Assembly (NCBI RefSeq): GCF_963921235.1
Contig: NC_086100.1
Coordinates: 32,612,001 to 32,676,000 of the forward strand
Reading direction: 5' to 3'
DNA: 64,000 nt
From: Mobula hypostoma
Taxonomy: Eukaryota
Positions 1-12,140 of this stretch are shown one piece after another. The notes beneath the pieces were generated by a model. That model was not told the DNA's origin and did no database searches. It was given only the letters and a program-made list of their open reading frames with translations. Position numbers and translations under genes: made by a program. The number at the start of each line of letters is the position of its first letter. Within the stretch, counting starts at the first letter, position 1.

Positions 1-291
1 TGAGAGGGACATGCAGGAATCCATACCTTTGACTGCTTTAGGTAGGGGCATTTTGAGCATACTAATTGCACATGTCCTCAACACCTTTAAAGATTACTTT
101 GGGGGTGGTGGGCATAATTGGTAGAGGGTAGAAAGGAAAATGGTTCTGCTGGTTGTCATCTTCATATATACCAGCATCTGACTGACAAACAATTTAATCT
201 GGCAAAGTTCCCAAAAATGTTTTGCTGCCATAAAACAACACACTTCACAACACATACATCAGTTATAATAAAACTGATTCTTATTCTGAGA

Positions 292-618
292 CCTCCAAGA
301 GGACCACAACCTTGTCATATGGTTTGGAGGCTTGCGTGCCTCTGTGACCCAGGGAGCCATGTTGGCTGGAGTCAGGGCCTTGTGCCTTGGCTCTTGGTAG
401 GGTCCCCCATGCCAAACAGTGCAAAGGTTAGAGGCCAGACTAAGAGTGGTCCACTGGTCCTCCGGGTTCATGGGTTCAGCTCAGGGATACAACCCCGACT
501 GGTCAAGAAGAAAATTTATGGGAACAGCAATGAAGAATCCTTCTTTATCTGGACAGACAGAGACAGAGGACCTTCATTGCTGCCCTAAGTGCCAGTGCCA
601 TAACAGGCAGTAAGTAAG
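292..618 (+). mobile_element. Non-autonomous RTE-derived short retroelement (Expander/Rex3-like 5' leader fused to an RTE-type 3' end)
   Basis: 11-bp direct repeat TTATTCTGAGA at 281-291 and 619-629; ends in (TAAG)2; 5' part resembles the Expander/Rex3 5' UTR as recalled; no RT coding sequence. Confidence 0.65.
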
Positions 619-2443
619 TTATTCTGAGAATTCTTCTACTTTGTCATCAAAAACACACCATGGTTAAAGCACTCCATTTCACATATACTATAAGCATTTT
701 CTTTTCAACATGATGATTATATTATGTTTAAATCTCCTTTTACCCCACTTATGTATAAAAATGTCCGAGGAGTTTTCTTAAATTCTTCTGTAAAATTAAG
801 TTTTTAATCAATCCAAATGTTGGGAGAGTAAAAGCAATGGAAGCTTAAGTAAGCAAAATATTCATTATCAGAAGTAGATTAGCAGCTGTTAAGGTCATAG
901 GCCCTAAACTGGATTGTTGAAAAAAGACATGAATTTGCCCTTCTTTATCAGGGTATTTCATGGTTAAAGACCTGGTAGATTATGGAGAAAACACGTGACC
1001 ATGAATGATCAGGTATTTCATTCATTTTGCAGTCGATGGGATTAACCCTATCATGATTAACATTAAAAGACTCAGCTCTTCCAATACTGGATAAATCAGC
1101 GGGACAGTCAATTTCTCACTGAATGATGCAAATATAAAATAGTACTAAAATTGCCCTATCTGCAGCTGTCAAATTTCCTTAGTTTATTTATAGTTTGTTT
1201 GTTAGTTTCAGTAGCAATCTTTGTAGCATGGTTTCTCAGACATGAGATCCATTGATTAAAAACTCAGCTGAACCAATAAAAAATATAGCAGGTCAAAGAC
1301 TAGGGAGTTTGCAGACTGAGACCAGCCTGCCTGACATCTCTGAACCTCTTCACCATCTACATTTCGCAAATCTGGACTGTGTTAAAATCATCCCTTCTTG
1401 CTTGGATGAATGTAACTTGAACAAAACTCAGACATTTCCAAGGAAAAAGCAGTCCTTTTGACTGGTATCCCATCCAACACCAAAAACATTCACTGTCTCA
1501 ATCACAGGTGCACTAAAGCTGCTGTGCATACATATTCACAAAATGCACTGCAGTTAATCGCCAAAACTCTTCCAGAGCACATTCCAAACTTGTATTCTCT
1601 ACCATCAAGAACAGCATGGGCAGTGGAGATGTGCCTATCAGGATTCCTCCAAGTAACATACCACCCTGGCTTTCAACTATATCAGTGGTCCTTCATCATT
1701 CTGAACCTACATGCTGAACTCACTACACAACTCTGGGAGGACTCTCACCAGATGGACTGCGGTGATTTTTAAAGGTTGCAGAGCAATCACTTTCCAGGGA
1801 AAGTGGAATTTGGTATTAAATTCTGGCCTTGTCAATCACATTATAAAAAAGTGTTGTGTCTGTAAAGTGTCCCAAGAAAACTAGAAAGTGCTTCCAACAG
1901 TTAATTTTATACAGCTAAATGGATGAGTATGCCATTAGATGGACACATTTTCTTGATATTAAGAGGGCAACAATTAACACCTGAAGCTTAGATACAGCTA
2001 TAAGCACAAAGATGTGTATACATAAGGAAAGACTTTTCCCCTAGACACTGAACCAAACTATCCACAATCTTGGTGTTCTAATTGCCTGAGATTCCAGTCT
2101 CATATCCACTTCATTATTAAGACTACCATCTTCAACCTCTGATCTCTGTAGAATCACCCTGTTAACAGCCTTCTTGTCTAAAAGAAACCCATCAGAAATT
2201 ACACTGTGCTTCCTGTCACTTAATTCATTTTGGATCCACTCTCCCTTATAAGCCTTGGGCTTTCACTTCCATTGAACAGCATCTATTTGAGTCTTTCTCA
2301 AAAGCCTTGCTAAATTCTTCATCAACTTTCCACATTACCTTTTCCAAGAATCTAACAAATCAGGCAAACATAACCATCCTTTATCAAATCCATGCCAAAG
2401 CACCCTGCAGGTCCTGATTAATCTGTGACTAAATATTGCAAGG

Positions 2444-2730
2444 GCTGTCACAGTAGCATAATGGTTCACACAACAGTATTACAGCTCAAGGCGTTGGAGT
2501 TCAAGTTCAGTTCTCACACAGTCTGTAAGAAGTTTGTGCATCCTTCCTGTGAGTACATGGGTTTCCTCCGAGTGTTCAGGTCTCTTCCCACATTCCAAAG
2601 ATGTAACGTTTAGTAGGCTAATTGGTCATTGTAAATTGCCCTGTGATTAGGGAATGGTAAAATTACAGGGTTACTACGAAGTCCTGCTCATTGGGCCAAA
2701 AGAGCCTCTTGCACACTATATCTATAAATG
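2444..2730 (+). mobile_element. tRNA-derived V-SINE (HE1-like), degenerate
   Basis: A/B-box-like head (TAGCATAATGG...GGAGTTCAAGTTC) followed by V-domain GGGTTTCCTCCGAGTGTTCAGGTCTCTTCCCACATTCCAAAGA...TAATTGGTCATTGTAAATTGCCC. Confidence 0.7.
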
Positions 2731-3139
2731 AACAGATACAGATATACAGTACATAAATAAGGTTCCATTTTACTGTTCCTTAAAATGGATTCAAATAATT
2801 TCCCCAATACCAAAGTTAAATTAGCTTCCTTATAATTTCAAATTTTTCTCCCTTCTTTATTTCTTAGCCAAAGATACAGCTGTAGTATCATTCCTGCAAC
2901 CAGAGAGTTCTGCAAAATTGTAGTTGGAGCCTCTGCAATTTCCTTCCTTGCTCCTTTCAACAGCGTAGAAAATATTACAGGCAATTAAAATTGTAGGCAC
3001 GTTGATTCTCCGTTAAGAAATTTCTTAAAACCTACCTCTTTTACCAAGATTTTAACCATGTACCAGTATCACCTTATATGGCTAGGTGGTATATTGTGTT
3101 TCACAATCTATTCAAAGGATGTGTTAGGCCATTACAGAA

Positions 3140-3900
3140 AATAAATTCTGACCGATAAGTGCAAGCTGTTATCACTAATGGCTGCCATCAAGAGCAATGA
3201 TGTCATTTATTTTTTGCTGCTGGAACATTAGGAACATATAGAGAAAATGCTTTTGTGAATTGTGGCTCACAAGAAGAAATTTTGCATAAATGATACAATT
3301 TCCTGAAAGCACACAAATCTGAGGGAGTCTGCCCTGACAGACTTTGCTATGAGGATGTGGATTGTAGGGAGGGGGCTATCCTTTGCACCTCTGGCTTCTT
3401 ACACCAGTGCAATTTTCTTGCCTGCATTGGCACCACGATAGCGCAGTGGTTAGCGCAATGCAGTTACAGCTCGGGGTGCTCTGAAGCTTGGAGTTCAATT
3501 CCAGCTCCATTCTGTAAGGAGTCTCTGTACGTCCTCTCCATGGAATGCATGGCTTTCCCCCGGGTCGCCTGGTTTCCTCTCCCAGTCCAAAGACGCATCC
3601 TGGTGGGTTAATTGGTCATTGTAAATTGTCCTGTGATTAGGTTAGGGTTAAATCAGGGTTGTGGGGTTGCTGGAGTGCCACGGCTCAAAGGAATGGAAGG
3701 GCCTGCTTCACGCTATATTGCAAAAGGAAAACAGTCCAAAGAGGGCAGATCAAGCTGATGCAGAGACCTCATTGCTGTGTGCTGTATGCTGCAAGATCTC
3801 ACAAGATGATACTGGAGAAAGAGCATTAAGGAGACCTTGATCCTGAGGACCATGAGGCATAGCTGGAAGAGGAGCAGAAGCCAAATAACGACTGTCAAAG
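3140..3900 (+). mobile_element. Highly degenerate PIF/Harbinger transposase fossil, split by a V-SINE
   Basis: Hand translation gives GYPLHLWLLTPV (3374-3409) and IAVCCMLQDL (3771-3800) followed by an acidic tract, in the order of the Harbinger GD.GYPL..WL.TP and I.ACC.LHN motifs; boundaries approximate. Confidence 0.55.
3430..3716 (+). mobile_element. tRNA-derived V-SINE (HE1-like)
   Basis: TAGCGCAGTGG A-box, GGAGTTCAATTCC B-box, V-domain; clearly homologous to the copy at 2444-2730. Confidence 0.75.
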
Positions 3901-6848
3901 GACGCCCCTGCGCAATATCATGCTGATGAGTATTGGAGACAGGCATTGGGCACTAGGTATAAACAATGATTGGCAACAGGATGCAGCAAATTAAAGTTCC
4001 ACAAAAATTCATAACACTCTGCATGCCACATTTTTTTTTACATCAACAGAATACACCTGCAATCATCAGGGAGAGTCCAGATGACACCAGACTACCACAC
4101 TTGCTGTAGTCCAGGTCCACCAATGATGAATAGCAGAAACCAGTTATTTTAATAAATTAGAACAGAATGCTGGAAGAAGCAGGTCAAACAGCATCTGTAG
4201 AGACAAAAACTGAATATCTCCAGCATTTTCTGAATTTATTTCAGATTTACAACAGCTGCATTTTCTTTCCTTTCTTTTATTGTGATGTTGCTTAGTCTCC
4301 TGTTTCTAATCCCTCACCCCAGAAGTACAGGACTTTTCCTCTAATATGCACCTGGCTTGTCCCTCTGAGTAACAGTGGGTGCAACTGTCACCTTACTTGC
4401 AGCATCTGTCTCCTCCATAATCCTTACAGTATGCATTGGTGCTGCTACATGTGTGGGGTTAAGAGATGAAGCACGCATCCAAAGATTGCAATGTCAGAAA
4501 ATACACAAAATTGGGTGAGTTCTGTCAGGAATTTACCTGGTTCCCGTTGCATGCTTCTGGATAGAAACCATACTAATACTGCTTTGAACTGGATTTTTGC
4601 CAGTCAGTCTGTTGCTCTTTTTTGGCAGAGGACTTGATTAGTTATCAACACCAATTACATATGTTGCAGTAAAATAAAACTCAGCATAAATTTTGGGCAT
4701 ATGTTATGTTAATTAATTGATTGATTATTCTGTATGAATCTAGGTGGGAAGACAGTGGTGTTAATCCTAATATAATCCACTAGATGAACTAAAGTGGCTC
4801 AGAAAAATAAATTAAATCATCATTAACTCTTGCAAATTAAACAGTAATTATGCGAACGGGTTAAGGCTCATCCAAACATATCAAGGTCTCAGTCTTCTTA
4901 TATTGATTTTGCACACTTTTATAATCTATTTCTAGTTTTTATTTTTCTCGTACTTTGAAACATGGTTAATGTATAAATTGGTGTTTTCAATGTTTATTTC
5001 ATTGCAATTAGTTTCATTCTGATTTTTCATTATATGGATAATAAACATAATAACACAGATTCCACAACTGTACAAATTTCAGTTTATTCACACCGGTATT
5101 ATATACAACAGATTTTTGCTGCTGTATTTTGACACCTACTTTTGTAATTTTGACTCGCCTATTTTCAACCTGGTTTGAAAGAACATTAGTCTTATCCTTT
5201 AATACCTTACATAATTACTAAGTGTGACTCATGACTGATCAACCAACGATGGAAAGTGTCACTTTTTTGATTAAGAATGAAACTCAGGAAAGATTATAAA
5301 GAGAATATATGAAAGAAAAAATGAAAAATAGTTAACAATTAGTTTCAAGATATTCAGCTCTGAAGAATACATCTTCTAAATTCAAGTGATTTAGTTGGTT
5401 TAGAAAAACTGAATAGTAGTTTTGATTATTTTATGGAATATATGCACTAAGATAGTCAAGGATGGCCTTTCTAAATCTGCAACAGATTTAACTACAGAAA
5501 AAATAAGGCTTTTGTTTTTTGCAGAAACTGGCTGTGCAGCCAAGCAATTAAAATGAGATTGATAAGATGACATTGTGGACAGAATAAGCTATTGTGCAAA
5601 TGCTCCATGTATTATGTTTAATAATAAATCTTTTCAGAGAGGAAGTGAAAAGTGATGAAAACTCTGGAGCTTTCTTCAATTCTAATCATATTAGAGGTTT
5701 GGTTTTACAGTATCAAATGAAGGCTCATTAAATTTTTTGTGCTAAATAATGACAAAAACTCATAATGACAAAGCTTTAAATAGAGTGATAGCTGTCCTTT
5801 TGTAAATGCAGTACTAAGAATAATTATTGCTTGACTTTGTACCACACGTTGAAAGCACAAACATTCAGTCCAATCTACCAGCACTATGCAAGTCAAATTG
5901 TCCTAATATTTTGTTGTGAAGAATACTATTGAGGAGACAGGTGTACTTGAGGGTCAGAACCTGTAACAGAATTGAAAAATTACAATCATGTCATTTGTTT
6001 TATGCGATCTGAAAAGTAGAAAAGAAATATTACACAAGAGAGATCATGTACCGGAAGTCTCCTCTGACAAGCCACACATAGAATTACAAAGAAAGCCAGT
6101 GTATAACTAGCCAAGGAAGCAGTATCCTGATGTATTGGGATACAATGACAGAACAGAAAACATGAGGTAGAGGGATAGAGTGGCAGAAACAAAATGTTAA
6201 TAATTGGGTGTATTTTGATATAAATAACCTGAAGTTACTGATTCTCTGACTCACAGCAGACTCCTATAATTTAAATGACCTCCTCACCCAGCAGCTCTAT
6301 TGCATTCACAATTGGGGTTTGGAGATGTCAGTAGCTACTCTAACTCCTCTGCTGTCTGTCTGGACTCTAGTTATTGACCTTTTATGTTGTTGCAACAAGA
6401 CTACAATGAAAGCTGCAAGAACAATTGTATAATTTTTCTCAGCAGTTCTTACAAACTGTGGAAATTTTACCTCAATATTTCATTGTTCTTCAAATAAATT
6501 TACAATATTTTGACATGAACACTGTTTTTAGCATTTTGAAACCTGTATCAATTTCACATTTTCATCCTTCCCATTTTAGATTTCCTCGAGCTTTCCAGTT
6601 CCTTACCTTTTATACACTGTCTTATGCTTCTGTCTGACATTATACTGAAATAATTTTTCCATATTTCAGTTTGCATGTTCCTGTCAGAATCAATGCAAGG
6701 CTAACAGATTTAGGAAACCTTGGCTTTTGAGAGATATTGAGAAAAAAAGGAGGTTCTATCAATACCTCCAGTTGGACTCTGTCTTTTTGTGTGTTTTCCC
6801 CCCAACTGTCAGTCTGTGGTTTTGTATTGCTGTGTGCTCCTGTCCCTG

Positions 6849-9362
6849 CTGTCTGTCTGTATCTTGTTTTACGGCGGTTGGCATCCAGCTTAATGGTGCA
6901 TTACCGCCTCCCTCTGCTCCAGAATGTGCACTAGACATACATTCTAAATCCCTTCATCCAATCTCTCTCGCGCGCGCATATTATATATATATATACATAC
7001 AAACCTACACTTCACCCTCCCATCTTTGACCATCCTAGTATCCTATTCCTGTTTATTCATCATAATCTATAAAAAACCCCTGTACCCCTTAAAAACGCTA
7101 AAAATACCCGGACTTGTGCTCTCTCACCCATGCCCAGCAACCCTTTTAATGTGAATTCCTGCATCCCCAACTCCCTTAATTTATTTCTCATCATCTCTCT
7201 CTGTATCCCATACTTCCTGCAACTCAGAACTACATGTTCTACTGACTCCTCTTCCTGACATTCCTCACACAATCCTGTCTGGTGTTTCCCTATCATTTTC
7301 AACGTTTTGTTTAATGCACAATGCCCCAGCCTTAACCTAGTCCACACAATTTCCTCTCTTCTGTTTCCATTACATACCCTAGTAACTGCAATACTCTTTT
7401 GTATTTGATATAAATGCCTCCTGTTCCCCTCCTTGTCCCATCTTTCTTGCCACATTCGGTTGACTTTTTCCCAGATTACACACTTAACCTCTGCTTTACT
7501 GATACTAATGTGCATTTCCACATTTTCTTTCTTTAACGCCCTCTTTGCCAACTCATCCACCCTCTCATTCCCCTTCACCCCTACATGTGCTGGAACCCAT
7601 AGAAATTTTACCTGACCTCCCTGATTTGCAATTCTTGTAACTAACTGAAGGGCTTCATAAAGTACATCTTGCCGACTGTTTATGTGAAAAGACCTTAAAC
7701 TTGCTAGAACTGAGGACGAATCTGAACATATCAATGCTTTGGCTTGTCTGGCTTTCTGCACCCATTGCAACGCAACCAACACTGCCAGCATCTCCACTGT
7801 AAACACCCCTAATTTATTAGATTTTCTTCTGCTGATTCCAATTTCTTTTGCTGGTATTACCACCCCAAACCCTGTCACTCCTGTTTCAGGTTCCTTCGCA
7901 CCATCCGTATAAATGTGAGTATAATCACTATACTTTTCCATCACATGACAGTTAAATGCATTTACCAAATCTGTTTTATATCTTTCTTTCCTTTTTACCT
8001 CTAACAAATGCCAGACTATGTCAGGCCATACAAGCTTCCATGGAGCTACAATCAGATAAACTGCTGAAGGACTTATCCTCAGATCAAACACTCCACATTC
8101 TTTCGCGATATCATTCCCTACCCGACTAAAGGTATCCCTCTGAAACCTCCCATTTTCCCAGCACTCCTGCAACACTCCTTTAGCAGGGTGAGAATTATTG
8201 TGCCCCTGCAAGTTAGCCCAGTAGTTTGCCATCAGTTGCATCCTTCTTAGTTCCAAAGGCATTATTCCCATTTCTACCTGTAGGGCTGACACTGGAGACA
8301 TTTTAAAAGCCCCACTGCACACTCTCAAGGCCTGAGCCTGAATCACATCCAGTTTCCTTATAAGAGACCTAGCTGCTGATCCATATACTATATTTCCATA
8401 ATCCAATACAGATCTTACTAAAGCCACATACATTCTCTTCAAAGCTGAACAACTTGCTCCCCATTCCCTACCAGTCAAACATCTCATCACATTTATTACT
8501 TTTTTACATTTCTCCTCAACTTTCCTGATATGGTCTTCCCATGTTAATCGTGAATCAAATACAACTCCCAGAAATTTAAATGATGCAACCCTTTCTAATT
8601 CAACCCCATACATTCTTAACTTCTTCCCTACCTCAACCCTTTTCCTGGTAAAAAATACAGTTTGAGTTTTATCTACTGAAAATCTACATCCCCAATCATA
8701 ACCCCACTCCACCACTTCACCACTTGTAGTTTCCTGATTATATGGTCCATGTTCCTGCCTCTTTTCCACAGGCCCCATCATCCACAATCAGTGACCTACC
8801 TATATCCACTGGTACCTTTGTGAAGACATCATTGATCATAATGATGAAAAGTAACGGGCTAATCACACTACCCTGAGGTGTGCCATTTTCCACTATGTAC
8901 TGTTTTGATAATTCTGATCCAATCCGAACTTGAATTTTTCTACCAAACAAAAAATCTTTAATCCAATTAAAAACTCTCCCACCAACCTCCACCTTGTGCA
9001 GTTTAATTAATAATCCTTCCTTCCACATCATATCATAGGCTTTTTCAATGTCAAAGAACACTGCCACTACTGACTCTCTATTTGCCTGGGCCTTCCTTAT
9101 TTCAGTCTCTAACATAATCACTGAGTCCATGGAATTCCTTCCCTTTCTAAAACCACTCTGATAACTTGCCAGCATTCCCCTTTTCTCAAGCTCATATGAT
9201 AACCTTTCTGTTATCATCCTTTCCATTATCTTACATATACTTGATGTTAATGCAATTGGTCTGTAGCTAGTGGGTTTTGACAGATCCTTGCCAGGCTTCC
9301 TTATTGGAATTATTACTGCTTCTTTCCACGCACTTGGTAATCTTCCCTCCTCCAACACACTC
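6849..9362 (-). mobile_element. 5'-truncated I-group (Nimb-like) LINE with RT, RNase H and C-terminal CCHC; frameshifted
   Basis: ORF 8738-9358 has RT motifs YRPIALTS, FFDIEKAYD, GTPQGSVISP and a degenerate IVDD; ORF 7060-8787 has RNase H IYTDG...ICSDS...WVPAHVGVKGNERVD and CEEC...H...C; 3' UTR GGCGGTAATGCACC...GCCAACCGCC and a short (ACAG)n tail. Confidence 0.85.
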
Positions 9363-10052
9363 TGTTATAAAAATGCAGCAACTTCAGGAGCACTTCTTCT
9401 CCTAGATTTTTTAGCATCACAGAGCATATCAGATCTTTCCCTGTGGAGGGGTTGGTCTCGATCTCTTTATTGCTCTCACCTGTCCCTGCTCCTGCTCTAC
9501 TCCTTCTCTCATCTGCTACTCGTTATTACCTGTGTCTCATTGTGCTCCTGCTCTACTCTGGCCCCTGTATTACTGAGTCCTCCATCTCTCATCTGCTTCT
9601 CATTATTACCTGTAGTGGTGCACCTGTGTCTCATAGAGCTCCTGTCCCCACTCCTACTCTGCTCTGGCCCCTGTATTACTGAGTACTCTGTCTCTCATTT
9701 GCTTCTCATTATTACCTGTGTTGCTGCCACCTGTGTCTCATTGTGCTCCACCTATCATCTGCCTCTCTGTTTATTGCTCAGTGTATTTCAGTCCTGTGTT
9801 TTCACCTGTTGTTGCTGGATTATGTCAGTGAATTTTCCTGAGCCTTTCCAGCATTTAGATCTGTACTCTGTTTGTCTGAATATTGACTCTGCCTGTTTTC
9901 TGATTCTGGTTTTGGGATTTCTCTGGATATTTTGATCTTTGTCTGAACTTTGACACTGACTTTGTTTGCACCTCAGGATTTGTTACTCAATTAATATCAC
10001 TGTGTGCACCCTACTGGGTCTGTGATTGGATCCCTACTCCAGTGTCCTGATA
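9363..10052. repeat. Repeat with about three imperfect internal tandem units (80-105 bp); possibly a solo LTR
   Basis: Recurring TCTCATCTGCTTCTCATTATTACCTGT and CTCTGGCCCCTGTATTACTGAGT at about 9505-9750; starts with TGT; no TSD found. Confidence 0.4.
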
Positions 10053-12140
10053 GGTGTATAGCAGGTATAGGCAGCAAGGAACAGGGAGGTACTCGAGGAG
10101 TCTAAGGAATGTAATAGAACACTTAAGAGGGAAATCAGGAGGGCTAAAAGAAGAAGAGATTGCTCTAGCAGACCAGGTAAAGGAGAATCCCAAGGGATAT
10201 AGTAAGATAACAGACACATTTAGAGTAAAAGGATAGCAAGAAACAAAATTGGTCCTCTGGAAGATCAGCATAGTCATCCATGCATGGAGGAGAAAGAGAT
10301 TGGACAGAACTTAATTGCTCAGCAGACAAAAATAAGTCTGTAGAACTGAAGCAAAAGAGCAAGTGAGTTCATGAACCATATATGGGTTACAGCAGAAGAA
10401 CCTTTACTTTTTTTAAGGCATTGTAGTCTGGATAAAGAAGTTACAGATAGAGTAAATGCAAGCAGGCTTTTTCCACTGAGGTTGGGTGAGACTTGTACTA
10501 GAGGTCATAGGTTAAGGGTGAAAGGTGAAATGTTTAAGGGGCACATGAGGAACTTCTTTGCTTAGTGTGGGGAATGAGCTGCTAGCAGTACCAGTGAATG
10601 TGGGCTTGATTTCAATATTTAAAAGGTTAGATATGTACATGGATGAAAGGCATATAGAAGGCTATGGTGCAGGTTGATGGGACTAGGTAGAATATTAGTT
10701 CGGCATAGACTAAATGGGCCAGAGTGCCTGTTTCTGTGCTGTAGTGCCGTATGACTATTTACCGTAGAACATAGGACATTGTCAGGACACAGGGCAGTGG
10801 ATAAAGTGTTGAAATCTTTTACTTTGATTTAAACATCAATGTTCATCTGCAAGTATTTATCCTGACTTTATTTTTTAATGGCTGGTCCAGGAAGCATTGC
10901 AACAAAAATTGAACGATGAGGAAATGCTGTTATTCAAAAATGTGAAGTTCTAATAAATTCAGAATTGTATAATGCATAACAAATCTGTTGGAATTCATTG
11001 AGGAAATAACAGGCAAGACAGACAAAAGAGGGAGTGGATTCTATTTACAGTACTTGGATTTTCAGAAGTCCTTTGACAAGGTGCTTTATATAAGAATCTT
11101 AAAGAAGGAAAGAGCCCATGCTACTATAGAAAAGATACTAGCATAGCTAGAAGACTGGCTTATTGGTAGGAGACAAGAGGAGGAATAAAGGCATCTTTTT
11201 CTAGTTGGCTACCAGTGACCAAAGGTGTTCATGAAGGGTTGGTGTTGGGACTATCTCTTTTCACATTATATGTCAATGAACTTGATAAAATTTCTGGCTT
11301 TATGGCCAAGTTTACAGATGTCACAAAGTTGGGTGGAAGGGCAGGTCATGTTAAGAAAGCAGGGAGTCTGCAGAAGGACTTGGACAGATTAGGAGAATGA
11401 ACAAATAAATGGCAGATGGAATTTAGTGTAGAGACATTTATGTACTGTGGTAGAAAGAATAAAGACAAAGACTATTTTCAAAATATGGTGCAAATTCAAA
11501 AATCAGAGGTGTAAAGAGACTTGGGAATTCATGTAGCATTCCTTGAAGTTTAATGTGCATGTTGAGTTGGTGGTGAGGAAGGCCAATGCAACGGTAGCAA
11601 TCATTTCAAGAGGAATAGAATATAAAACCAAGGATATAATGCTGAAGCTTTATAAGGCATCAGTCAGATTGCACTTGGAGTATTGTGAGCAGTTTTGGGT
11701 CCCTTATCTCAGAACAGATTTGCTGGCATTGGAAAGGGTCCAGAGGTGGTTTACAAGAATGATCCTGGTAATGAAAGGGATAACCTATCAAATATTGATA
11801 GGCCTAGATAGAGTGGACATAGAGAGGATGTTTCCAGTAGTGAGTGTCCAGGGCAAGAAGACACAGCCTCAGAATAGAAGGATGTCCCTTTAGGAGACAT
11901 AAGGAGAAATATGGGCCAATGGATGGTGAATCTGTGGAATTCATTGACGTGGAGGCAAAGTCACTGGATATAGTTAAAGTGGAGGCTGATAGATTCTTGA
12001 TTAGTAAGGGCATCAATGGTTATGGTGAACAGGCAGGAGAACGGGTGTGAGCAGAGAAAATAAATTACCCATGATGGACCAATGGAGCAGACCTGATGGG
12101 CTGAATGGCCTAATTCTGTTCCTGTGCTGATTAGTCTTAT
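10053..12140 (+). mobile_element. Cluster of degenerate CR1 LINE ORF2/3' UTR fragments
   Basis: YLDFQKSFDKV, LYKASVRLHLEYCEQFWVPYL, LERVQRWFTRMI, TRGHRLRVKG motifs; CR1-type 3' ends near 10755 and 12140. Confidence 0.85.

Noticed and set aside
118-588. 156-aa ORF
   Set aside because: Non-ATG start, runs across a TSD boundary into a repeat, no recognisable domain
4380-4640. Minus-strand exon-like segments with GT donors
   Set aside because: No convincing acceptors and no recognisable peptide
9270-9935. 221-aa hydrophobic ORF
   Set aside because: Produced by the antisense LINE end plus pyrimidine-rich tandem units
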